This document shows, one piece after another, positions 17,257 to 35,356 of a stretch of 64,000 bases of DNA. Source of the stretch: the human T2T-CHM13v2.0 reference genome, Homo sapiens; NCBI RefSeq assembly GCF_009914755.1, contig NC_060928.1. One strand, 5' to 3'. The translations under genes and the position numbers were made by a program. Position 1 is the first letter of the stretch, and each line of letters starts with the position of its first letter. The notes under the pieces are model-generated. The model had not been told where the DNA came from. It saw nothing but the letters and a program-made list of their open reading frames with translations, and searched no databases.

Positions 17257-21107
<3,851 letters not shown>

Positions 21108-21146
21108 TCATTAGTTGATGCAGTTTCTTCCTAGTTTCGATGGTCT

Positions 21147-22163
21147 TTACATTTTGGCATGATTTTGCAGCGGCTGGTACCGGTTGTTCCTTTCCATGTT
21201 TAGCGCTTCCTTCAGGAGCTCTTTTAGGGCAGGCCTGGTGGTGACAAAATCTCTCAGCATTTGCTTGTCTATAAAGTATTTTATTTCTCCTTCACTTATG
21301 AAGCTTAGTTTGGCTGGATATGAAATTCTGGGTTGAAAATTCTTTTCTTTAAGAATGTTGAATATTGGCCCCCACTCTCTTCTGGCTTGTAGGGTTTCTG
21401 CCGAGAGATCCGCTGTTAGTCTGATGGGCTTTCCTTTGACGGTAACCCGACCTTTCTCTCTGGCTGCCCTTAACATTTTTTCCTTCATTTCAACTTTGGT
21501 GAATCTGACAATTATGTGTCTTGGAGTTGCTCTTCTCGAGGAGTATCTTTGTGGCGTTCTCTGTATTTCCTGAATCTGAACGTTGGCCTGCCTTGCTATA
21601 TTGGGGAAGTTCTCCTGGATAATATCCTGCAGAGTGTTTTCCAACTTGGTTCCATTCTCCACATCACTTTCAGGTACACCAATCAGACGTAGATTTGGTC
21701 TTTTCACATAGTCCCATATTTCTTGGAGGCTTTGCTCATTTCTTTTTATTCTTTTTTCTCTAAACTTCCCTTCTTGCTTCATTTCATTCATTTCATCTTC
21801 CATTGCTGATACCCTTTCTTCCAGTTGATCGCATCGGCTCCTGAGGCTTCTGCATTCTTCACATAGTTCTCGAGCCTTGGTTTTCAGCTCCATCAGCTCC
21901 TTTAAGCACTTCTCTGTATTGGTTATTCTAGTTATACATTCTTCTAAATTTTTTTCAAAGTTTTCAACTTCTTTGCCTTTGGTTTGAATGTCCTCCCGTA
22001 GCTCAGAGTAATTTGATCGTCTGAAGCCTTCTTCTCTCAGCTCGTCAAAATCATTCTCCATCCAGCTTTGTTCTGTTGCTGGTGAGGAACTGCATTCCTT
22101 TGGAGGAGGAGAGGCGCTCTGCGTTTTAGAGTTTCCAGTTTTTCTGTTCTGTTTTTTCCCCAT
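21147..22163 (-). CDS. L1 ORF1p RNA-binding protein, intact, 338 aa
   Basis: Full-length MGKKQNRK...QNHAKM with REKG, ARR and YPAKLS motifs intact. Confidence 0.95.
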   Translation of the reverse strand: MGKKQNRKTGNSKTQSASPPPKECSSSPATEQSWMENDFDELREEGFRRSNYSELREDIQTKGKEVENFEKNLEECITRITNTEKCLKELMELKTKARELCEECRSLRSRCDQLEERVSAMEDEMNEMKQEGKFREKRIKRNEQSLQEIWDYVKRPNLRLIGVPESDVENGTKLENTLQDIIQENFPNIARQANVQIQEIQRTPQRYSSRRATPRHIIVRFTKVEMKEKMLRAAREKGRVTVKGKPIRLTADLSAETLQARREWGPIFNILKEKNFQPRISYPAKLSFISEGEIKYFIDKQMLRDFVTTRPALKELLKEALNMERNNRYQPLQNHAKM

Positions 22164-23066
22164 CTTTGTGGTTTTATCTACTTTTGGTCTTTGATGATGG
22201 TGATGTACATATGGGTTTTCGGTGTAGATGTCCTTTCTGGTTGTTAGTTTTCCTTCTAACAGACAGGACCCTCAGCTGCAGGTCTGTTGGAATACCCTGC
22301 TGTGTGAGGTGTCAGTGTGCCCCTGCTGGGGGGTGCCTCCCAGTTAGGCTGCTCGGGGGTCAGGGGTCAGGGACCCACTTGAGGAGGCAGTCTGCCCGTT
22401 CTCAGATCTCCAGCTGCGTGCTGGGAGAACCACTGCTCTCTTCAAAGCTGTCAGACAGGGACATTTAAGTCTGCAGAGGTTACTGCTGTCTTTTTGTTTG
22501 TCTGTGCCCTGCCCCCAGAGGTGGAGCCTACAGAGGCAGGCAGGCCTCCTTGAGCTGTGGTGGGCTCCACCCAGTTGGAGCTTCCCGGCTGCTTTGTTTA
22601 CCTAAGCAAGCCTGGGCAATGGCGGGCGCCCCTCCCCCAGCTTCGTTGCCGCCTTGCAGTTTGATCTCAGACTGCTGTGCTAGCAATCAGCGAGATTCCG
22701 TGGGCGTAGGACCCTCTGAGCCAGGTGTGGGATATAGTCTCGTGGTGCGCCGTTTCTTAAGCCGGTCTGAAAAGCGCAATATTCGGGTGGGAGTGACCCG
22801 ATTTTCCAGGTGCGTCCGTCACCCCTTTCTTTGACTCGGAAAGGGAACTCCCTGACCCCTTGCGCTTCCCAGGTGAGGCAATGCCTCGCCCTGCTTCGGC
22901 TCGCGCACGGTGCGCACACACACTGGCCTGTGCCCACTGTCTGGCACTCCCTAGTGAGATGAACCTGGTACCTCAGATGGAATTGCAGAAATCACCCGTC
23001 TTCTGCGTCGCTCACGCTGGGAGCTGTAGACCGGAGCTGTTCCTATTCGGCCATCTTGGCTCCTCC
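22164..23066 (-). promoter_or_regulatory. L1HS 5' UTR: internal sense promoter (YY1 site AAGATGGCC), antisense promoter, CpG-rich
   Basis: Canonical 5' UTR sequence; ggccatctt at 23049-23057. Promoter function is established knowledge of L1HS. Confidence 0.85.
22619..22834 (+). CDS. L1 ORF0 (antisense 71-aa ORF)
   Basis: MAGAPPPASLPPCSLISDCCASNQRDSVGVGPSEPGVGYSLVVRRFLSRSEKRNIRVGVTRFSRCVRHPFL. Splice donors cag|gtgtgg (22725) and cag|gtgcgt (22810) are present. Confidence 0.85.
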   Translation: MAGAPPPASLPPCSLISDCCASNQRDSVGVGPSEPGVGYSLVVRRFLSRSEKRNIRVGVTRFSRCVRHPFL

Positions 23067-23314
23067 TATACAAGATAAATTTTAAGAGAAGGCATTAACA
23101 GGCTAAGATGACATTTTACTTTATTAAATTTGACTAAATCGTGAAGTAGGTATGGTGATAGCAAAGAAATTTTTGTAGTCTTACCAGACGAAAATGAATT
23201 ATCTTACTAAATTGCATAAATATCCTGGCCTAACCCACTTGACCAATATCATCTTAAAGAATTGCAACATTCTATTCCAAATCAGCAAGTTTCACATTTG
23301 TATTTTGGTATTTC

Positions 23315-23395
23315 ACTTTTGGTATTTTGTGCCTAAGCTCCTAAGTATACTTACAGAAAATATTCTTAGGAGCTCAGGCACAAAATACCAGAAGT
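23315..23395. repeat. Near-perfect inverted repeat, 31-bp arms, 19-nt spacer
   Basis: acttttggtattttgtgcctaagctcctaag versus cttaggagctcaggcacaaaataccagaagt, 2 mismatches. Confidence 0.9.
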
Positions 23396-24014
23396 TCTTT
23401 GATGAAGGACACATAATTATTAGAGTTACAAAATGTCATTCAGTGTGAACATGAGGCGTTTTTTGTTTGTTTCCTTGTTTTGTTTTGTTTGTTTGCTTTT
23501 GATATCAATCTGTCTTCTGGTTTATAGTTATGGTTTAATTATACTTATGGTTTAATTTAATTAATGGGAATTTAAACTGTTGGTCTGTCTAAATATTCCC
23601 AATAAATATGTAAATGAAACTACTGTTTTCTTTTAAAAAGTTTTTTTTTTTAATTGAATGATTTTAATGCCAGGAAGCAGATTATCTCCAGGGACTAACA
23701 AAAGTCTTGAGAAAGTCTTGTCTCTACAACAGGCAAGGCCTTATTTCTCTTTCGCATATTCTGGTTCCTACTGACTGAGAGATATCTTATTTCAGGATCT
23801 GGGACACTCTGCATGATTCAACCTGGGGGATATCAGGCAAGATAATGAGAGTCCAGTATTAATAAATCAATTCATTAGTGGCTTCAGGGTCCAAGAGAAC
23901 CATTTTTAGTAGCTGGTTTTATAAGTCATTAGAGTCTCACAAGTTCCTTTTACTTAATTAACCCTCTGTGACTGTTGCCACATTTTTGTTTGGGGACTTA
24001 AGTGACTTAGGAAA

Positions 24015-24210
24015 TAGCTGTGGCATAATGTCATTGGACTGAAACATGGGAGAGTTGACTTCTCTCACCTAAAAACTGATTGTTCTTAGACAGGTCTCTA
24101 AACCTCTCTGAGACTGAACGTTGCCATATAAAGCAAGAACATTGCTACCTACCTGATAAGGCTATTGCGAGGATTAATTGTGTTAAGTGTTCAAACTGAA
24201 GTGCTAGGCA
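24015..24210 (+). mobile_element. MIR
   Basis: MIR core-like 'ttagacaggtctctaaacctctctgagact...acctacctgataaggctattgcgaggattaa'. Confidence 0.55.
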
Positions 24211-26317
24211 AATACTAAATATAATTTGTCTTGTAAGATGAATGGCAAACAAAACAATATAACCTCAATTAAAATTAAAGCAATAGACAGATGTGGTTTC
24301 TTTAGTAGCTACTGTTTTTAGTTGATATATTGTAATGTACTTTCTGCTTGAATTTTGAGATTGGTATTCTTAAGCTGTTTCTTAAATTGAATCTGCTGCC
24401 TAAATTTAAAAATGCTGTCTTCTACTCTCAGATATTCTAATATCTCACTCATCCTCTTACAAGTAGGGATAAAATTATGAAAATTCTAAAAAATGTAGCA
24501 GACACTCAACTTGTGTTCTTCAACCCACCTTCTATACTGACCTTTAAGGCTGGAGTTGTTTAAGTGGGTAAGTTGGAAAGACATCCATAGACCTCTCTAT
24601 TTTACTGAATACTTGTACTCAGTGGCTGGAAGCTGGAGTTCTCTGAGGCTGACTGGCACAGTAACATGAATATTCAACAACTGTAGCTCTCTCTTGGGCT
24701 ATGAAGTGTGGGCTAGACCTTGTAACCTCTAGACCACTTGGTAGTGTTTGTGGAGTGTTACATTGCAGAAGTAAACCCCTTACTTTATAAGCAAAGGAAT
24801 TGGATTATTTTTTTCTTAGGTGGTGTGGTGGACTGAATTCGACAGAAAAGCAGATAGAAAGGGGGACCAACATCTTGGGTGAAAGAAACAGACTCCCTCT
24901 TAGTAAGGGTCTCCCTGCTATGAGACTGCTACACTCTTGCTGTCGTCTTTGTGAGTGTACACTATATGACCCCTGCCTTTAGAGAGCACCTTGGCAATGT
25001 AACACTCAGACTCTTTGGCATTCAAGTACCTCTTTAAAAAAAATGAGTTTTGGAACCGGATCCTTGCACTTTCCTAGCATGCACTTCCAAAATACCATCC
25101 TGTATTTGACCCACAAGACTAAACCTCTGTCATCCCTTCAGCAAACATCCAGGTGATATGTCCTTTATCAGATTACACATACTTAAGCCAACGTGTTTAA
25201 TGGAAAATAAAAAACAAGCATAACAGATTTTTTTAGTAGGATAATATGATTTTCTGTTATCCTATACTTTGCTAGATGTAATCCATACACAGAAACAACA
25301 GACATTATACTTCTGTCATTTCAATACATAGCAAAACAATTCCATAAGAATCAACTCTTGGCTGGGTTGCAGTTTATCAACTTGTTAGTGAACAACTTTA
25401 GCTTTTTCTCTTTGTATGTGTGAATGAATATGGCTTGAGGATTCCTCTGGGCACATTCTAGTTTTCCATAAAAAGGATTTGGAGAAAAAAAGTACTTGCT
25501 CTCCTTGGGAAACTTGTAGAAGTTTATGAAATACTAAATGAGAATATTAAGTCTGATATTTGAGGGTCATGATTTTGCTGTGCTGAAGATATTATTAAAG
25601 CTTTGCTTCATTTTTTGGCATCAGGAAGCTATGAAGATGAAAATGTCTCCTAAAATTTTCAAAGCCCTTTGTCTTCTGGCTGTTCTTTCACTATTTTCAG
25701 ACCTGGCCTTTTAGCTAGAATGAAAATCCTGCAAAATACTTCCATTTATTTCTACTACATGTAATAAGCTTATTTATGTAGTTTTAAAAAATATACACAA
25801 AGTAGTTTGCAGTGTTTTTAATATTTCTTTCCTTTTTCCACCTCTCTCTACCAATTCTCATGAACGATTCCCTTTGCTTTTCAGTAAGTTGAAGGAGGGT
25901 AAATTAACAGCAGTTATCTCTTCCTAATACTTGGTAATCTTTTTGGAGAAAAGTTGTGTGGTCCACAGTGCTCTTGTTTAGCATTTGCTATAGATTTTGA
26001 AAGAGAAGAATATAAAAGGGCTATTTCACAAATCTATCCTGTACTCCTACTTCCAATGTACTGTGAAAATTTAGGAACATAGGAAACATAAGTCACAGTT
26101 TAATATGTATTTTACAGAAGCACTGAAATTTGTTCCACCCTTACCATTCCCTTTGAAAAATTTCCAAGATATATTGTTAGGTTAAAAAGCAAGTCTCATA
26201 GAAATCAAGTCCTTATTATTATAAGAATTAAATGATTTAGAATTTATGAAAGCGCTTGGTATAAATCCTGGCACATAGTAAGTACTAGATATATTTTGAC
26301 TGTTGCTTTTATTATTT

Positions 26318-26747
26318 GCCATGATATGAATGTTTGTGACCTCCCAACATTCATATATTAAAATTCTAACCCTCAATGTATGGTATTAGGAGGTGGGGCC
26401 TTTTGGGAAGTGATTTGATCATAAAGGAAGAGCCCTAATAAATAGGATTTGTGTCCTTTATTATAATACCCTTCTGTATTAGTGCCCTTTTTATCAAGGC
26501 TTCATTTTTATTAGTGCCCTTTTGTAAAAGAGGCCCCAGAGAGCTTCTTTGTTCCTTTTACCGTATGAGGACACAGCAAGAAGACATCAACTATGAATCA
26601 GTAAGGGGACCCTCACTAGACACTGAATCTGCTGGAATCTTGGTCTTGGACTTCCCAGCCTCCAGAACTATTAGACATAAATTTCTCTTGTTTTTCAAAT
26701 ACCCGGTCTATGATATTTTGTTATAACAGCCCAAATGGACTAAGACA
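26318..26747 (+). mobile_element. MLT1A/B-like MaLR solo LTR
   Basis: 'ggtattaggaggtggggcc', 'ttggacttcccagcctccagaact', ends 'gactaagaca'. Confidence 0.85.
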
Positions 26748-27830
26748 TTATCTATATCTATAAATGCACAAAAAAGGTTTGGGAGGGTTACCTCTGGTGA
26801 AGGTGGTGGTATTGGGGGAAAGTGATTATTTCTGTATATAATGTGATTTTATAATCAACACATATTACTTGTTATTACTTTTGCATTAAAATAAACGAGC
26901 AGATAATATGTACTATTTGGTTGGAAAATACATATTTGTTTTTTGGTAATAGGAACTTTCTGTGATTTTGTGATTGACCAGATTACTCTGAGTTGGAGAG
27001 CAGAAAGTCAGCTTAACTTTGTCCTCACATGATAATACAAGAGACCAGGAGCTTGGTGCTCAAACCAGTAGAGCTGTCCAGGAGAAACTGTATCCAGCAA
27101 GGCTGCTTCCTCCACTTACTGTTGAGTAGGGCTGCTATGTCTAGGCGTGACATTTTTGCTGCTTGGCAGGAGAATTTTGTAGTTTGAACCAGAAAGGGTG
27201 GGTTTGTCCTTGTATACATTTGGGCAAACAGGGTTCTAATGTCTGAGAGGCTATAAGGGTAATGATTTCAGGCTCTAAAGTGAGCTAGTTAAGCCAAGGA
27301 GCTCTTCTCAAAAATATCATAGGAAAACCCTCTTTCGAGCAAGGTGGGCAAAATGATCTTTGATCTAATGCTGATGGGCCACAGATATGGAAACCCGAGC
27401 TTTACTCTTTCATGTAATTTGATGATTTAAATTTTATTATATAAAACTTTTATTATATGCATGTTGTATTAACATCATATTTCTATTGGTTGAAAATATT
27501 CATTTTCCATTTTAGTCAAATGAAAAGATAAATTATGGATGATAATTAAGCAGTCTCGGGTGATATATTAGTTGGACCACACATTGTCTTTACATTGCCT
27601 TTGTTAATTGTTTGTGGAACTCTTTTTCATTTCTTTGTATTCCCTTTACTTAGGAGGCTTTTCGTTTTCTGTTAGATTGTGAAAGTGAGAAGAGTTGCAT
27701 ATCTATGTATATTTACTAGGGATGCATTGTGATATAAAATTTTTGTGGCAAAGTGACTGTTTTAGCAGACGATGATTAAAATGTGAGTGCAGTTGATCAA
27801 AGAACTTGCTGATAATTACATGACTTTAAC

Positions 27831-27863
27831 CTACCCTTTCAATGCACATTATTGAAAGGGTAG
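27831..27863. repeat. Perfect 13-bp inverted repeat, 7-nt loop
   Basis: ctaccctttcaat-gcacatt-attgaaagggtag. Confidence 0.85.
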
Positions 27864-30179
27864 CCTGAGTTCTAAAGAAGCACAGGTCTAATCTTAATTA
27901 CCTGCTGCTACCCATGAGATGATAGGATTGTTTAAATCTTTTTTTTGGGTCTTCAGTGGAGGCTGTGGGTTCATGGATTAATAGTCTCTAAATGCAAGAG
28001 AGGATGGAAAGCTTATTTCTCTTGCAAAATAACTATGACCCAGATTAGGCACCTCAAAGAATGAAAAAGAATAGAATAGATGACCTCTGGGATCGAGAAG
28101 ACTTTCATATCTTCTGCATTAAAAGTTGTGGGTGTCTTCAAAGGCTTTAAAACAAATCATCCTTATTTTTAGCATAATTACATAAATTCAGTAAATATTC
28201 AAAACTTTCACTGAGAGTGGGAAATGAAATGTATTCTGGATGAGCTGAAAACATTCTATTGTGCAAAGAATTTTATGTTTTTAGCTTTCCAATTTGGCTG
28301 AGATTTATCATGTTTCAGCCAATAGATGGCTTAACATGTCAGCTAAGAAGGAATTGAGCTGAAGTGAACATGTAAAATAGTTTACTTTTAGTGATGAGAG
28401 TCCTCTGAAAATATATAACATTTAAGTAAGTCTAATGTAATGATATGTTGAATGTGCATCTATGAATACCAATGATTATTTCTGATTCAATGGATTTTTA
28501 CCTTATTTTGCAAGTTGTTCTATATTTTCAGTGAAGCCTTTATGATGTTTCTTTCTGTTTTTGACTGCCTCTAAGCCATCAGTCATTATGTGGAAGTGTG
28601 ACTTACTAATCAGCAAAACCAAGTACATGACTTCTAAATGTCCACGAAGGTTTACATGGAACAGTAACAGTCAGTCTTTGCTGATACAGGCTGTATCTTT
28701 ATGACTGTTTTATAATTTACTTATGTATTTCAAACTCATGGGAAACTCACGCTTCAGAGGCAACTTCTAGCTTTTCAGGTAAACACCCTAGTTTGATAAT
28801 GCAAAGCTATTTTTCCTTTAAGTTGATTTTTACTTTGTGTGTTTATTCCATTCTTAGTTTTGATGGATCACATAAAATGTAGCATACTGTCAAGAATTCA
28901 AAAGGATGTGTTTTCTGTCGATTCACAGCTAGGGCAGACTTGGTTGAAATGTGAGCTCCTTCATTTGACCTTCATGTAACCCTGACCTGGGAGGACAGCA
29001 TATCTCTAGGGGTAGAAGATAATTTAATTTCCATGTATGTCAAGTCCTTCATTTCTTCTGTGTGGAGGCTGCAGAGAAGTGTCAAATTCTGCAGAATCAG
29101 GTGTTCTGTGTTGGAGATGAGGAATACATTCTCCAGGGGTTAGAGTTGAGACCACCAAGTAGACTTCATTTTAAGGCCTTAGGGGAACCCTGAAACCATA
29201 GATTGTGAAGATGGAAAATATTTCTTTACCCGCAAAACTATTCATCTTCCATTTCACTTTTAATATGTGTGCTCATGATAGTATCAACAAAGAAAGTTCC
29301 AAAGGTCACACTTACAACATCTAAGTTTATTATTTTATATTTTTCCAGCTGAAAACAATGGCTAAGAATTCCAGCGTGGTCAAACAGTGAAGTTTAACTA
29401 TCTAACATATTCCCTGTGTTTTTCATCCCCAAAGAATTGTAGCACACTACTCATAAAGGTTAAATGTAGGAAACTCTGAAATATCTACAAGATAAGGCTA
29501 ATTCCATTTCGCTACTTGAATTTCCTTTTTGTCCCATATATCTCTGGTTTATGGAATAGTTTATTATCCTGTAGAGCAATGAAAATTTCTAGAAAGACCA
29601 AAGTTAGTGACTTAACATGATTTAACACATCTGATTATGAAATTATAGTTATGCAAGTTCAGTGTAGGGTGATCTCATCTCCGTTTCATACTGCTAGCCT
29701 CTCTGTGGAACTCCAAGGTCATTATCCTACTGTAAGAAGTTCTCCATTCTTTTAAGTGAATTGTAGTAGCAAAGAAGGAAATGGTTTTAGAATGATCATT
29801 GGATGAGTCATGAGTAAGGAAGATACAAAGGGTAACTCCAGCTGAGAGGTACTTCGTAAAGTTTCTACTGGGTTGGCCATGGTAAACTCCTTCCACATTA
29901 AATTTAAAAAAAAATCTAATGAGTAACAGATTACTTGACTGTGATATCACTTGACAACAATTGTTACTTGACTGTGAAAATATCTTAGGTATTTAAATAA
30001 CAAATGAAAATACTGAGGATTTTTTTTATTTCATGGGTAATATTTCATAGCATTTTACTTAGTCTCAGTTCCTAGCTGTGCTTCAGTTTGGTTTTGACTA
30101 CAATTTTTGTGTGTTGTGAGGTGAAGAGAAAACTGAGAAAATGGGGAGGAGAAATAGTTGTTAAATCTCATTAATGAAA

Positions 30180-30430
30180 ATAGGTCAAATGCTGTAAGAA
30201 ACAACACCTAAATCCAAGAAGCTTAACACAATAAAAGTCTGCTTTTTGCTTTCATAGAAGTTCAATGTGGGTCAGGGGGACAGAAACTGCTCCTTGCAGT
30301 CACTCAGGGACCTAAGCTGTTCCCTGCTGTGGCTCTACATCTCTCATATATGGCAAGAAGTTTGCTTGATCTCATGAATTTGCAGTTAAAAGAGAAAGCT
30401 TCAAGAAGACACACTTGTCTTAACTACCTC
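30180..30430 (-). mobile_element. Old MLT1 (J/K/L-like) LTR fragment
   Basis: 'tgctgtaagaaacaacacc...gcttaacacaataaaag...gcagtcactcagggacc'. Confidence 0.45.
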
Positions 30431-32386
30431 TGTGCAAAAGTGAAATAAAAACCAAAGCAAAAACACCAGAAATCTACAAAATGTAGTATATCTTTGTATC
30501 TAGAAAGTGGAAAGTAATGTGTGAGCATATAGCCAATCTGTGTCACAGCTGGCAGGTAGGATGGAAAGTAAAGTAGGTTGAAAAGGGTCTTGTGAATGGG
30601 GTGGGGTGGATGGATGCTGGGGAGGTCAATGGAAAATATTGCATGTGTTCTATTTCCCTCCAAAATGATGGCAATTTATAAGTTTTATCTCTGTGAGCTT
30701 TTGCAATTTTGGAGGGAGGGGCAGCATTTTTGTGGTAATCCTTTCAAATTGTGGCAAGTATTTTCTCTTCAGATTTATGTAAACTAGTTCTGTGGTTTCC
30801 TTCTGAAAGTTCATGAAGACTCTGCCATCTGTTTGGTAAACTTATCCTTTCAAATATCCATAAGGTACTGACTTCTAAGACCAAGATCTGGGCATGGATG
30901 AAAACCAAGCCATTTGATGCATGTAATGGGTTGATGTAGTTAGAAGTAAGATATTCTTGTGCCATAATATTCTTCTGAATATGACAAATGTACATGTTAT
31001 GTACATGGACCTTCAATGGAGGTCCTTCCAGGAAAGAGCCCTTGAGAGAGACAAAGATGTTTACTAAGGACTTAAACTAAAAATGGCAACATTTACAGTC
31101 CAGAAGGGGCTTAATCCTGACCTGACTCTTTCCAAGGATTCTGAAGTTAAAATGAATGGAAAATGTTAAAATATATTTTTATTCCAAATTGAAAATACTA
31201 GCTTTCCCTTCTCTTCATAGAAGTTATCCTCCTTATGAACCTTAAACTTGAAATTACAGGAATTGTTTTCTCAGCATTACATGATTTTATACACTTACAG
31301 AAAATTCTTAGTGACACTCACCTAAGTGCCACTGGAGAGATGTTTTAAATATTTGCTCTTTGCTTGCCAGAGATTATCAGCATTTGACTCTCAAACGTTG
31401 CATGTGAATATTGTGAATAAGAATATTTGAATTATTCCTTTGTAAGGAATTAGGGACATTAGGATCTGTTTAGAGACACCAGAATGTTCACTTGTTTTAA
31501 TTGCAGTTAAACATAAGGCTAAATGTCCTGAAGTTGTTGGTGCTCTAGGAAAAGTCATCTTCAGTACAAACTCTTATGATTTAGAAAACTAATCTGATTA
31601 TTATTTTTTCATAATCAACATGCGGTTTAGCAAGCAACTGTGTGTCTTCATGTGGTCTCTGGAACATATTTTTGGTTTACTTTTGCTTTTTGGATATAAC
31701 TTTACATTTAAACATGTTGATAGTAAATCAGTATTGAATATTATTTTTAAAACACTTTTTAAAAAGTATTGCTTTTTAGCCATTGTATCCTGAGAACCAC
31801 ATATGTTACCATCTGATGGAAAATGTATTCCCAGTGGTGCATTGCAAAAATACAAGACCAGTTTTTTTTAAAGCAATTAATAAAAAAAAATCAGAGCAGA
31901 CTGATGGTTATCTCTATAATATAGTCATTTCACCTACTAGAATTGTGTAATATTCACTTAGTGGGTGAGAAAGCAATGAAATTAAACTTGGCCTGGAGGA
32001 AAGAGCACATAATTCAGATACTGGTTGGTACATCTTTTATAGTTATGCAAACGTTTTGCATTCTTAAGGGAGTGACAATTACTGATCTGATTGTTAAAAC
32101 TTAGCATATAAACTTTAGTAGTGATAATTGTGTTATGGCATTATCTACTTTACCTCTTCACATATTTTTTTTCCCTACTTTTATTGGAATCTGTGAATAA
32201 GTGACTAATGTTAACATTATCCATCATCTTTGTTATTTTAGAAAACAGATCTGGGCATGCTGTTGTAAAATATGTATTAGATGTCCAGGAATGTGACTTC
32301 AAAAAATGGAGCTGAACTTTTAATGAGTAACACTAATGTGTTTTCTCAATTTACCTTTAAATTGCATTCTTTAATAGAAATGTTTA

Positions 32387-32672
<286 letters not shown>

Positions 32673-35331
32673 ATTATATCCATGTTATTCTATATTTTTA
32701 TTGTCTTTTTTTGTTATTATTGTTGGTAGTAAACAAAAAGATTTAGACTAATGTGGAAACTCAACCAAAGGAAGTATAATAGAAATTTTTGTCAAAACAC
32801 TTATCTTTAAAAGTTAATATTCTCTTTCCTTTTAAAACAATTCTTAGAGATCTACATCTACATATATTTCCCCTTTTGGAAAGTTATATAATAGTTGAAC
32901 AAATGAAAAATGTTTGTATTTAAAGTAAAATGCAAAAACTTAAAGCAAAAGACAGTCAAAGTACTTATTTATCTTTAGCCTATTTTTAAAGTCCCAATTT
33001 GATTATGTAAAAGCATAATGTTTATAATAGCAACATTTCATAATAAAGTTAAAAATATTATTCGGGAATACTTATTCTGAAAATCCAGAAACTAAAAATA
33101 ACTAGAAATGTTTTTTAAAAAATAGTTTTGAAAAGTGTCATTGTTTGAGTCCACTCCCCAAATATTAATAATTTAGTTATACAAATAAACAGATTTTTAT
33201 TTCTAGGATTTTTATATTTTATTTTAACAATCCTTCAAAATTACCACAATTTTATAACTTCTTGAAATATATCCATATTGAATATAAAATAGAAAACTGC
33301 TTAATTGCTGGGTTGATGCATGGTGTACAGATAAACAGTTGCCCCTCATCCCCGCCATTACATCTTCTACATGGATTGAAGTCTCCCACTCAACAGGGCA
33401 AAGGGTCATATAATATTTAACTATAATTAAATATATCTATTTAAATAATATTTTGATGAAAATGTTTCTATCATTTTCAGCCATGATCAAGCAAAGTACG
33501 ATACCCAGAGGGGAAAAAAGTGCCAAGGAACATTGGGTTATGAAAACTTTGTAAACTTCCTAGCAACCATTCTGGTTCTTACTATTGTTGTTTGGAACAA
33601 TAAAGAATGTGCTGCCAAAAACCATGTTCTAAATAGCAAAATGGAGCTTTGATTTACACAGTGTAACTTATTTAGTTTCACATGTTGTGTTTTGGTTTGC
33701 CTCCCGACATTCTTCTGGCAGAGGTAATGTTTTATTCCAGTGTTTCAGGCTTTCTCTATGAGGCAGATATCCTTGTAAAAGCTGTGTGACTCATTCTCTT
33801 TTGTGAAAAGCACTCATCATCAAATCCTGTGAAGTGTTCATCCAAACACTTACAATTTTACAACCACCATCTAGAGGACCAGAAGTGCAAGTTAATACAA
33901 TACAGTGATTTTACTGGCCTCTTAACAGGCTTTGGGATAGAGTAACTGTTTTCCATTATTTTGAGTATGGAAATGCATAGCCTTTTGCCTCTGTGAAGTT
34001 GATTAAACTTAAATTCCCTACAGGTACCCAGAAAGTCATTGTGTCATCTAAAGCAAGCCTGCCTAAGTAAAGTACTATATTATCAAAAATTACAAGAAAA
34101 TGTAATGTGTTCCTTTGACCTATGTACTTGAGGTATTTTCTTATTCTTTTATTGAATCATTCTTAATTATAGGGGTCATCCTCTAGGTTTTCCTTAAAAT
34201 GCATTTGTTATATTCAGATGATTTGCAGGTGTCTGCATGCATTGTTTTTTACAATAGAAAGTGAATAAGCTTAAATTTAAACATGGTCAGAGCTTCTTGG
34301 TACAGGTACTGTAAAATGCTAGAGCAAGGGATTTTGAAATTTATGGAGTTGCTGATTTGGGTACACAGTGAGGGTGATATTGATGGCAGTGCTGCAGAAT
34401 TGATGAAAGATAGGAGAAGGAATTCTCCAAGTAAGAGTTGAGGTACAATCTCACATGAAACTAAAGAAACAGTATTTTGACCTAGTTTCTTGCTAGTCCT
34501 TTACCTTGAAAGACAAGCTTTGTAAATGAGACTCAAATTAGACTAACTACTGCTTCTCCTGGAATTTTACTTCCTTTGAAAACTGAACAATTTCCTATAC
34601 CCCAACATAGCTGTTCTATATCTTATTCTCTGGTAAGCTCTTACCCAGTTTGATTTAGGCCAGATGAATTCTTTTCTTAACCAGAGCTTTCCAAACTTTA
34701 ACCGAATCAGATGCTTGCTATAATTCAGTGCTATGAAATCTTCAAATTATATGCCACAGCATCAAGAATAGGGTGATCGTCTTGCCCCAGAAATATAATT
34801 CCTCTAGTACCAAAATGTAGAACTTACAAAAACAGAAATAAGCTGCTGATTCTGAGTATTTTTTATATTTTAAAAATATTAAATTTTGGCCTCTGGTGTG
34901 TCTGTTGAAGTGCCATTGAAATAAAATGAAGGCACATGTCTTTGCCAAGCAGGGTTTGGCATCTTTCTTCTGAAAACATTTAAAAGCACTTGGTTCTCAT
35001 TGTATATATTCTGTTACATGCATATTTTCCATTATGTTTTGTAAAAGAATTTTTAAACTCTTGAATCATTTAATCAGACAGTGCAAAAGTATTTCTCAGC
35101 AACCACCACATGAACTAAGCACTTGTGTGTACATGTTGAAGAACAGACATGGTTCCTGCTTTCCAGAACCTTGTAGTTTAAAGAACCTTGGAGATTTAAA
35201 ACCTAAACCCAAACCCAAACCAAAATGCGAGAGAGATATCACCCATCCTCTTTCTGTCTGTTCATCTATTTATCCATTTATATATTGATAGATTGAAAGA
35301 ACAAAAGCCAGAGGTGGGGTTGGGGAGTGGG

Positions 35332-35356
35332 GAGAGAGAGAGGAGAGAGAGGAGAG

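Noticed and set aside
29931-29977. Short direct duplications (ttacttgactgtga twice; similar at about 1470-1540, 10430, 23530, 26480)
   Set aside because: These are ordinary slippage-type micro-duplications with no further structure.
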